Positions 52,428 through 62,928 of a DNA stretch of 64,000 bases are shown piece by piece; within the stretch, counting starts at the first letter, position 1; each line of letters begins with the position of its first letter. This stretch comes from Malacoraja senta. Lineage: Eukaryota. Both the position numbers and the translations under genes were made by a program. The notes beneath the pieces are model-generated. The model was given only the letters and a program-made list of their open reading frames with translations. It had not been told where the DNA came from and did not search any database. The stretch lies in the NCBI GenBank assembly GCA_038087875.1, contig JAXLNO010005136.1, positions 1 to 64,000 on the forward strand, in the 5' to 3' direction.

Positions 52428-53307
52428 GTAATGCCCTGACCGATTCTTTAAATCAGCTTCTGAGAGGTGTTTGGGAATGTTAGGTCATTCAGAACGGCAC
52501 GCACTAGAATGTCTGGAACTTCCAATCACATCCGTTACTTGCACGTCATGTGGAGACCAGACGATGGAGTGCTACTGCCGAAACACACCACCTCATAGGC
52601 CAAACGTTGGCAATACTCACATAGGGACCGCTGTTCATCCAGTAAGTTCCCTTCTCAATAGGTTCAGTCGCACCAAAGCAAATAGGTCATAGAGTGACTG
52701 CTGTTTCAGAACTTGAGGTGGGGCAGAAAATAGTGAAAGGTTTCCAATTCATGATCAATTTTGATGCCATTGACTCCTTACTATCAGGTCTGCTCTCCAC
52801 ATGGAGTCACACAATTCATTTTGGGGACATTGAGATTGTGACATTACAGGCTGCACGTACGAGCCCACAGTGTTGCGGGTGTAATCATTGGACACTGAGC
52901 AGAAAGTAGTTGATGCTTCGACTTTATGTCCAGACTAACTCAAGTGCTTATGAAGAGTTTCCAATAGCAAATCAGGCTTGACTGTAGCTGCAGCCAGCAT
53001 TTAACCAGTTTGTACAACTACACTGAGGAGCAGCCTTCTGATCCGTTGAATGAACGGAGCATGCTGGCTGCATGCATTGGACCCACTCCTAAGGCTGTTC
53101 TGGCTCTCACCTTAGGCTCTTATTATATCAGGGCAGTTGTAGATTTAATTTTCACAAGCACTGTTTATTGAGGGGAAAATATTAAGGAGGAGCCTTGTGC
53201 CACATAAGAGCTAATGGAGGGCTATAGACTGCGGAATGATGTACATGATGTTAACCAGGTCTGTGTATGTATGGCAGAGTGAAAGGGTATAGGGGTATTT
53301 TAAATGA

Positions 53308-53514
<207 letters not shown>

Positions 53515-53772
53515 TGAAGCAGCCCCACTGCTTGTATGCTGATAGCCAGACTAAGCTGTACATAGTATCGGTGATTATTAACCTTTAGCACCAATTTGAA
53601 TTCGGTTCCAAGAAAAATTGCCAGAGTACGTCAGACAGTTAATCTGCTACAGTCAGTTTTTACCTTGCTGGTAAAGTTTAGAAATGCATTAAAAAAGTAG
53701 CCACGTCAATGGCCCTCACTACGTGGTGTGAGTGGGAAGGCTGTAAAGAGATTGAAGCAGCTTCAGTGTTAG

Positions 53773-53964
<192 letters not shown>

Positions 53965-54576
53965 TAAGTAGATCTACTCCTCCCTTGGCTTGTAAAACCT
54001 CCCCGTAAGAGTTGGCTTTTCCAACTCTCACCTGCGCGCTCCCGATTGCTGATCGTTCCAGCTTGGAACCTCAGCTTCGTGCTTCCCAGTCGTTGTGAGA
54101 GTGCAAGACTGGAAAGGGCAGGTGAGCAAGAGGGGGACTGACAGCACTGTTCTGGGTTTTATTGCTACCTGTCACATTCTCAGTAACACTGCGGAGGTGT
54201 AATAGTGAGTTACCTGCTGACCACAGGCCGGGGGGGGGGGGGGGGAGAGGAGGAGGGTGGCTGATCCTGACAAGCACACCAGGCAGAAGGAGAGCTCCCC
54301 AGGGAGTGCCCTACTCAATGAACGAAGCATTGAAGGAGCTTCTGCCGGCTGTGTGCACTGCTTGTCCTTTACTTTTATAAACCGCAGCAGTGTGCATTCA
54401 TGTTGTGCCTCTAGCTCAGTAAAATATCCCTGGTGCTGGATGTGAGCAACATCAGATACTCCAGGCATCTGTAACCAGAGGTCTTGCCAGTGTCTTGGCT
54501 CCTCTGTACAACCGTTGAATTGTATTTGCTTGGATAGCCTTGTTGTAACGTTCACGTCTCGTTCTCCTGTATCCAG

Positions 54577-54713
54577 TGGCCAGGTGCTAGGACGCCGCTG
54601 CTTTGAAGCCCGTATCTGTGCTTGCCCTGGCCGTGACCGTAAGGCAGATGAGGACAGCATCCGCAAGCAGCAAGTGACCGAAGGAGTAAAGGGCGTTGAC
54701 AGCACCAAGCGGC
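54577..54713 (+). CDS. TP63: TP63 exon 8 ([33 protein letters not shown]...TKR), 137 nt
   Basis: atccag| acceptor and C|gtaagt donor. Contains the ICACPGRDR recognition helix motif. Confidence 0.98.
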
Positions 54714-55193
54714 GTAAGTAAAATTGGATTGTGGAGCATTGGCCTCTCTCTGTCCACAAGAGTCTGCTTCAGGCACAGACCATTGTGTGGACAGGACTGG
54801 GATTCTCTAACCTGTTGTTCAGAGGAGGCTAGTACAGAATATTCTACTCGCCCCCACTCCTTGGGATGGTTCCCTATGGTCAAAACCTTCTGAAAACCCT
54901 GGCTACAGAAATATCGGCTTACTACTGTATACAACTCTACCTGTTGTGAGCACAAGGGGTCAAACTGTCACGTTTATCCTAAGGTTGCACATTTCCTCAG
55001 AGCTGCCCAACTTTGCAGCTGAGAATGTGGCAATTAGGGCAGGGACCATGAACCATGCCCCTCCCCTGCCATAACAGCTGAGGGCTTGATATGACCAATT
55101 AAACTTCCTGAGGAGCTGCAGACAGGTGATACTGATGTGTGTATGTGTGCTGATGGTAGCACTTAGTGAAGCTCCTTGTAATCTCTCTTGCAG

Positions 55194-55276
55194 TCCGTCA
55201 TGTGAACCAGGGCATCCAGGTGGCCTCCATCAGTAAGAAACGGCGGCCAGGAGAAGAGGAGCTCTTCTATTTACCA
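55194..55276 (+). CDS. TP63: TP63 exon 9 (LRHVNQGIQVASISKKRRPGEEELFYLP), 83 nt, NLS and start of oligomerisation domain
   Basis: ctctcttgcag| acceptor and CCA|gtaggt donor. In frame with exons 8 and 10. Contains a KKRR NLS. The ORF track misses it. Confidence 0.95.
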
Positions 55277-55990
55277 GTAGGTTCCAGTTTTTTTACGTCA
55301 TTCTGATCTGTGTATGATCCATTCACCTTAAATCAATCGGACATGCCAAACACTTTCCGAAGAATGTGTGCTGGTTCACTTTTGAAAATGAAAAATAGCA
55401 GTTTTCTCCTGGGATATTCCCAACAATCTTTGTGCTTCCATTTTATCATCGTATTTGTCTTGAGATGTTTTACCTCAACTGAATCAGGCACCAAGCTGTG
55501 TGTTATCAGTAAACGTCAAATGGGTGGTGAGAAAGTCCACAGTCATACAGCCCAGAATCAGGCCCTTCAGCCCACCATGTCTGTGCCGACTGTTTTATTT
55601 ATAGCCTTTTTATATCCATTCTTTTCCAGAATTCTCCAGTTCCAATTGTGTTGCACAAAATCTCCTATATATGTTCTCTAGAGTCTATAGACTCCCTGCC
55701 CCATGGCAGTTGTTGCAACCACTCAGCATGGTGCTTCAGCACTTTTACAGCGTATGTTCTCTACACAGCTCTACTAGTCTACCGTCTGGTCTTTGCCCTC
55801 GGTCACGTTTTGTTGCTGCCCTGAACCCGCTGCTCTGCTGTGGCTGCACCTCTCTGTGCTATTGCTGCCCCTCTCCTCCAGCACCATCCCTGAAACCAAA
55901 CACTTTGATACATTTTGGATGATGAGGCCTGTGTGACTGCCGGTGAACTTTGTTGTCGGAGCTGATCGTTGCATACTTTTTGATTTACAG

Positions 55991-56115
55991 ATAAAAGGAC
56001 GGGACACTTATGAAATGTTGCTGAAAATTAAGGAGTCACTGGAACTGATGCAGCAGTTGCCACAGCACACCATCGAGAGCTACCGGCAGCAGCAGCAACT
56101 TTTGCTGCAGAAACA
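55991..56115 (+). CDS. TP63: TP63 exon 10 ([41 protein letters not shown]), 125 nt, oligomerisation domain
   Basis: tttacag| acceptor and CA|gtaagt donor (phase 2). Encodes the p63/p73 tetramerisation helices. Confidence 0.97.
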
Positions 56116-56203
56116 GTAAGTTATTAGAGCATCACAGCCTCAAAGCTTTATAGAGACTAACAGCTGACAGCAGGCTGCTGCTGGTCATCATAGCAGGCAT
56201 GGG

Positions 56204-57811
56204 TAGTGGCTTGCAAAAGTTTTCATACCCCTTGAGCTTTTCCACATTTTGTCACGTTACAACCACAAACGTAAATGTATTTTATTGGTATTTTATGTGA
56301 TAGACCAACACAAAATGGTGCATAATTGTGAAGTGGAAGGAAAATGATACATGGTTTTCAAATTTTTTTACAAATAAAAAACTGAAAAGTGTCGCGTGCA
56401 AAAGTATTCAGCCCCCCTGAGTCAATACTTTGTAGAACCACCTTTCGCTGCAATTACAGCTGCAAGTCTTTTGGGGTATGTCTCTACCAGCTTTGCACAT
56501 CTAGAGACTTAAATTTTTGCCCATTCTTCTTTGCAAAATAGCTCAGTCAGATTGGATGGAAAGCGTCTGTGAACAGCAATGTTCAAGTCTTGCCAGAGAT
56601 TCTCAATTGGATTTAGGTCTGGACTTTGACTGGGCCATTCTAACACATGAATATGCTTTGATCTAAACCATTCCATTGTAGCTCTGGCTGTATGTTTAGG
56701 GTCATTGTCCTGCTGGAAGGTGAACCTCCGCCCCAGTCTCAAGTCTTTTGCAGACTCTAACAGGTTTTCTTCCAAGATTGCCCTGTATTTGGCTCCATCC
56801 ATCTTCCCATCAACTCTGACCAGCTTCCCTGTCCCTGCTGAAGAAAAGCATCCCCACAGCATGATGCTGCCACCACCATGTTTCACAGTGGGGATGGTGT
56901 GTTCAGGGTGATGTGCAGTGTTATGTTTCCGCCATACATAGTGTTTTGCATTTAGGCCAAAAACTTCAATTTTGGTCTCATCTGACCAGAGCACCTTCCT
57001 CCACATGTTTGCTGTGTCCCCCACATGGCTTGTGGCAAACTGCAAACGGGACTTCTTATGGCTTTTTTTCAACAATGGCTTTCTTCTTGCCACTCTTCCA
57101 TAAAGGCCTGATTTGTGGAGTGCACGACTAATAGTTGTCCTGTGGACAGATTCTCCTACCTGAGCTGTGGATCTCTGCAGCTCCTCCAGAGTCACCATGG
57201 GCCTCTTGGCTGCTTCTCTGATCAATGCTCTCCTTGCCCGGCCTGTCAGTTTAGGTGGACGGCCATGTCTTGGTAGGTTTGCAGTTGTGCCATACTCTTT
57301 CCATTTTCGGATGATGGATTGAACAGTGCTCCGTGAGATGTTCAAAGCTTGGGATATTTGTTTATAACCTAACCCTGCTTTAAACTTCTCCACAACTTTA
57401 TCCCTGACCTGTGTGATGTGTTCCTTGGGCTTCATGATGCTGTTTGTTCACTAATGTTCTCTAACAAACCTCTGAGGCCTTCACAGAACAGCTGTATTTA
57501 TACTGAGATTAGATTACACACAAGTGGACTCTATTTACTAATTAGGTGACTTCTGAAGGCAATTGGTTGCACTGGATTTTATTTAGGGGTATCAGAGTAA
57601 AGGCTGAATACTTTTGCACGTGACACTTTTCAGTTTTTTATTTGTAAAAAGATTTGAAAACCATGTATCATTTTCCTTCCACTTTACAATTATGCGCCAC
57701 TTTGTGTTGGTCTATCACATAAAATCCCAATAAAATACATTTACGTTTGTGGTTGTAACGTGACAAAATGTGGAAAAGTTCAAGGGGTATGAATAGTTTT
57801 GCAAGCCACTG
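56204..57811 (-). mobile_element. Tc1-family (DD34E) IR/DR DNA transposon, Passport/Glan/Eagle-like, full length (~1.6 kb)
   Basis: TIRs of about 210 bp at 56204-56413 and 57602-57811 with about 10 mismatches. Each TIR has outer and inner TGCAAAAGTATTCA-like direct repeats. The right end is CACTG|TA. The left terminus is imperfect (GGGTAGTGG rather than TACAGTGG). Confidence 0.96.
56422..57435 (-). pseudogene. Tc1 transposase with one premature stop (TAA at 56509-56511), 337 codons if read through
   Basis: Paired-like HTH with GRPPK, then WSDETK, QQDNDPKH and SPDLNPIE with D-34-E spacing. After the stop the same frame continues VSRCAKLVETYPKRLAAVIAAKGGSTKY*. Confidence 0.93.
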
Positions 57812-58034
57812 TATATCCATCGTTGGCTCATAACTCAGTTAGTGCCTTAAAACCTCTTGAGAGTTTCTTGCTGAGGCAAATTCACTGAGGCAATCCATTT
57901 CCTACATTCACTGTGGGGATCGGGGACCTCCAGCGTGCAATAGGGCCCATGTAAAATGGGGAGTAACAAGCGGCGGGCACTCAAAGACTGGGCAATGGCG
58001 AGAGGTAAGACCAGAAGAACTGAGAGGCAGAATA

Positions 58035-58275
58035 TTCAAGTCAAGAGTGTTTTATTGTCATATGTTCCAGACAGAATAATGAAATTCAATGCTCCCCAAG
58101 TCTATGTAGTTCAGAGCTTATTTGTAGTGTTTACTAGTCTATTGGTTGTAGGGAAGAAGCTGTTCCTGAACCTGGATGTTACAGTTTTCAGGCTCCTGTA
58201 CGTTCTTCCGGATGGCAGGAGTGAAATGAGACCTGGGTGGTGTGGGTCTCTGATGTTACTCGCTGCTTTCCTGTA
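58035..58275 (-). mobile_element. Rex1/Babar LINE 3' fragment
   Basis: KAASNIRDPHHPG...LLPSGRTYRSLKTVTSRFRNSFFPTT. Confidence 0.8.
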
Positions 58276-58279
58276 GAGG

Positions 58280-58460
58280 CAAAACAACATGTTAGAACTC
58301 AGCAGGTCAGGCAGCATTGTGGAGGGAATGGACAGGCGACAGACATTTCAGACCTGGTCTGAAGAAGCTCCCAACTCAACGTTGCTTGACCCGCTGAGTT
58401 CCTCCAGCACTTTGTGATTTGTTTGAGATTCCAGCATCTGCAGTTTCTTGTGTCTACATA
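58280..58460. mobile_element. Fold-back copy of the Penelope-derived element
   Basis: AACTCAGCAGGTCAGGCAGC...CTGAAGAA...TGACCCGCTGAGTT...CCAGCATCTGCAGTT. Confidence 0.65.
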
Positions 58461-58699
58461 CAGATGCATCTCCTGTCTTGGAAAGGTGGTGGGAATATTT
58501 TGTTTCAATATTCAGAAATTCCTGAACGGTTCGAGTAGCCAGCCCCCACCTACACGGCAGCAGCTTTGTAACTGTGTGAGACGAATGTTTAAAAAGTATA
58601 GGGCATGCCACAATTACAGTTCCTTATCTCAGCACAGAATTAATCCACAGGCACTGGGCCATTACGTTTGGTTATGGGAGATATGGGCCTACTTGTTTC

Positions 58700-58972
58700 A
58701 CTTTAGACTTTAGAGGTATAGCATGGAAAACGGCCCGTCGGTCCACTGAGACGTGCCAACTAGCAATCACCCTGTACACTAGCACTATCCTACACACTAG
58801 GGACAATTTACAGAAGCCAATTCATCTACAAACCTGTACATCTTTGGAGTGTGGGAGAAAACCTACATGGTCACGGGAAGAATGTACAAAAACTGTACAG
58901 ACATTACCAATGGTCAGGATCGAACTCATCTCCAGAGTTGTAAGGCAGCAACTCTACCGTTGTGCCGCCCTA
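58700..58972 (-). mobile_element. V-SINE (HE1-like)
   Basis: Colinear with 33962-34245. Confidence 0.78.
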
Positions 58973-60899
58973 TGTGCAGGAAAGGCCAGAAGGAAGAATA
59001 ATCTTGATTCACAAAAGGAGTTAAGAGGTTCTTCAGTGTATTTGATCATTAGTGTTGAGAGCATCATCGCTTTAAACTCCTAAGGGATTGAAACAACGTG
59101 TTTGGAGAAAGGTCGGCATTCCATGAATTGTTAGTGCTGGAAACAATTAATACTGGCTACCAATTCAGAATTAGGTAATTGTCCAGCTCTCTGTGGAACT
59201 GTAACTTTATCAAGAAGCTGCCCTTTATCAAGCAGAACTCAATAATCTTCATGCAACAAAATCTTGTGGGATGTGGGTTGGTTAGGGGGGGTGTACTAGC
59301 ATTGTCCTTAGTGCGTGGTCATCAAAGCTTCCCCTCCTCTCATTGCCTTTTCCCTAAAGGCTCCTGCAATGCAAGTACAACCGCATTCACTCGAGCTTTT
59401 GAGCAGTTGGCGTTCCTGTGGTTAAAGGAGGCAATTTAAATGGATGAGATTTATCTTTAGAATCATACAATTGTGTCTGTCAAATCTTCACTTGTAAGAT
59501 GACAAAATGCTGCAGTGTGCTGCCGTGAGTGCCTTATCTCCACCATCAAGTGTCTGATTTCCTTTTGTTTACTGGTTTTAGTTGCTGGTTGCTGCTCAGG
59601 CTGTTTCTTCTGTATTGTCACTTTTTCTTTGATCTCTCCTCCATGATCATGACGAGTTGCTGTGTGTGAGAGATTGTTGTCTGCTCCCGTTGAAACACTG
59701 CCACACTGCTTTCTGCAGTGGGTTTGCTGGGGTCTAGAGAGGCTAGTCAGCCACAAGATGCTAACTGACCATTAGCAGGGCTCGTATCCTGGGGCTGTAC
59801 TTGAAACCACAAGTACGCAATCAGAGCACAGGTACAGAAAAATTGTGCAAGGCAGTGCACAGTAGTGTGTCAGTTAGTGTGCAAGGCAGTGTGCAAGTGC
59901 AGCAGATCAAGATCAGTCAACTGCCGCACCCCAACTTCATCTTGTCCCTCTCACTCACCAATCTCCACGGTTAATTATGCTGCTGGTTTCATTCTCAATA
60001 AACAACATGGCCCCTATGCCTACAGGAGAGATGTGCACGGAGGGAACGGGCATTGAATACAGTGCTGCCGGTGTACTTGACGAAAGCCGTGTCTTTCACC
60101 ACAAGGTGCCTGAGGGGGGAAGCGACTTCACTGAGTTGTCTGGTGGAATTTGAGTTGATCTCTTATGCGTGGCAGTTAGTCGAACCAACAGCTACTGCTG
60201 AGGCCTGGCAATTGATCCATGCTGAATCCTGGCCATGTTGTGCCAGTCTCCATCACACGTTCCTCTGAGTTCAGTAAGTGGGGCTCAGCCACACCTGGAG
60301 TCACAGAACTACACAGAACCGAAACAGGCCCAACCCAGCGCAGGGAAAAGCTATTTATTCATATATATGGAACAAGCTACCAGAGGATGCTGTAGACGTG
60401 GGCACAATAGTGACGTATAACGGACAGTTGAACAGTGCATGGTTAGGAAATGATTAGAAGGATATGGACTAAATGCAGGTAAATGTGACAAGCTCTTATA
60501 AAACCTGGTCAGAGGGACAAGTAGGACTGAAGAGCCTGTTACCATGTTCTATGTCTCAACCATGCCAAAGAAATTGCCTAACTGAGCTAGTCGCATTTGC
60601 CTGTGCCTTGGCCCTAGTCCCCTAAACCGTTCTTGTCCATGTCTTTTAAATGCCACAGCCCTCTGTATGGGAATGTTGCCCCTCTCTCTTTAAACCCTTT
60701 AGTTACAGACTGCACTGTCCTGGGGGGGGGGATGGCAATTCTCTATCAATCAAATGGAAGGGGCAAAGATTTACAAGGCTGTTGGCAGGGCTGAGAAATT
60801 GCAGTGAGAAGAGGGAATGTCTGGGTGAGCGATAGTTTCCTTGGAGCAAAGGGACAGTGTGATTTAGTGAAGGATATACAATTATGAGGTGCTCAGACA

Positions 60900-61966
60900 G
60901 GTCTTTCGTCCCAATTCGTCCATGTGGATACTGGACTTTCTAACCAACAGACCCCAGTCTGTTAGGTTAGACAAGCACACCTCTTCAACCCTCACCCTGA
61001 ACACCGGCGTTCCACAGGGCTGTGTGCTGAGCCCCCTCCTCTACTCCCTCTTCACCTACGACTGCACACCTGTACATGGTACTAACACCATCATCAAGTA
61101 CGCAGATGATACAACGGTGATTGGCCTCATCAGCAACAACGATGAGTCGGCCTATAGGGAGGAGGTCCAGCTCCTAGCAGCATGGTGCGCTGACAACAAC
61201 CTGGCCCTTAACTCCAAGAAGACCAAGGAGCTCATTGTAGACTTCAGGAAGTCTAGGGGCGGCATGCACACCCCCATCCACATTAACGGGAGGGAGGTGG
61301 AACGTGTTTCCAGCTTCAGGTTCCTGGGGGTCAACATCTCCGATGACCTCTCTTGGACCAACAATACCTCAACTCTGGTCAAGAAGGCTCACCAGCGTCT
61401 CTTCTTCCTGAGGAGACTAAAGAAGGTCCATCTGTCTCCTCGGATTCTGGTGAACTTCTACCGCTGCACCATCGAGAGCATCCTTACCAACTGCATCACA
61501 GTATGGTATGGCAACTGCTCTGTCTCCGACCGGAAAGCACTGCAGAGGGTGGTGAAAACTGCCCAACGCATCACCGGTTCCTCACTCCCCACCATTGAGT
61601 CTGTCCAAAGCAAGCGTTGTCTGCGAAGGGCGCTCAGCATCGCCAAGGACTGCTCTCACCCCAACCACAGACTGTTTACCCTCCTACCATCCGGGAGGCG
61701 CTACAGGTCTCTCCGTTGCCGGACCAGCAGGTCCAGGAACAGCTTCTTCCCTGCGGCGGTTACACTACTCAACACTGTACCTCGGTGACTGCCAATCACA
61801 CCCCCCCCCCCCGGACACTCCTCCCACCAGGATTTATTAGATTTATTTATTTACTGCTCATATTAATGTCGCTCTTCTAGGGAGATGCTAACTGCATTTT
61901 GTTGTCTCTGTACTGTACACTGCACAATGACAATAAAGTTGAATCTGAATCTGAATCTGAATCTGA
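60900..61966 (+). mobile_element. Rex1/Babar-clade LINE, young 5'-truncated copy with open RT C-terminal frame (to 61788)
   Basis: [13 protein letters not shown] and YADD RT motifs, [13 protein letters not shown], and LPSGRRYRS...SFFP. The 3'UTR has AATAAA at 61932 and a (GAATCT)n tail at 61941-61966. Confidence 0.92.
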
Positions 61967-62759
61967 TGTCAAACAAGATGGCCCATCTAAGCTAGTCCCA
62001 TTTGCCTGCATTTGGCCCACCTTTCCTATCCGTGTACCTGCCCAATGTATCTTAAATGCTATTAAAGTACCTGTCTCAACTACCTCCTTTAGCAATTCAT
62101 TCCATATACCCACTGCCCTCTGAGTGAAAAGGTTGCCCCTCAGGTTTCTATTAGTTCTTGGTTGGCAAAGGGCCAGTATCTATCGTGTTACTTGTTTGAC
62201 TAATATTTATTGCCTTACCCTCATCAATCAATTGATAGTGCATCATAAGTCAGATTCTTCAGCAAAGGCCAAGACAGTTCACTGCCCTGGTTTGTTCTGA
62301 AGGGGCTCAGACATTGTATTTCCTTTTCTCATCTACTTGTGACATTTGCAGGTCCAGGCACACACGCTGATCCAACATGCGGCTAACCTCATCCAATCCT
62401 AGACTCCTCTCAGGGCCCAGCAATGTGATCACCCTGTCACTCCTGATTGGTATCGGGTGAAACCAGGGAGTTTGCAGAGAGTGGTATCAGTGGGTGAAGT
62501 GAGGATTCTACAACTTAAACCCATAACTTCTTGCTGTCCAATACTGTTATCTGGTAGTTTCACTGCACTCAAGAGTTTCTTGAGACTTGGATCCCACATT
62601 CAAAACTGCAAGTAAATCAGCTGGAACTGATACCTGTTCCCAAAGATATCGTCATGGTCATGGATGTGGGCAGGTCTAGGGCTCGGAGGTCCACTCTGTC
62701 GATCCTTATCTATGTTTTCTTTTGTCTCTCTCTTTCTCTCTCCGGTTCCCTCTCTCCAG

Positions 62760-62928
62760 TCTGTTCAAGGCCTGCTTTCAAAATGAACACATGGAGCCAA
62801 ACACTGGCAAAAGGCTGTTGCTGATGGAGAACACGCCCGCTTGCATACAGACAGAGAACAGCTTGCACAACCTCGACAAAGGGGGGTGGAACGAAGCAGC
62901 TCTAGCTCAAACATTCCACTACTTGTAG
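62760..62928 (+). CDS. TP63: TP63 gamma-type alternative terminal exon (exon 10'), HLFKACFQNEHMEP...FHYL*
   Basis: A CU-rich tract of about 45 nt precedes the ccag| acceptor. Phase 2 joins exon 10 CA with T to give His. The first 14 aa align with human gamma HLLSACFRNELVEP (recalled). Confidence 0.85.
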
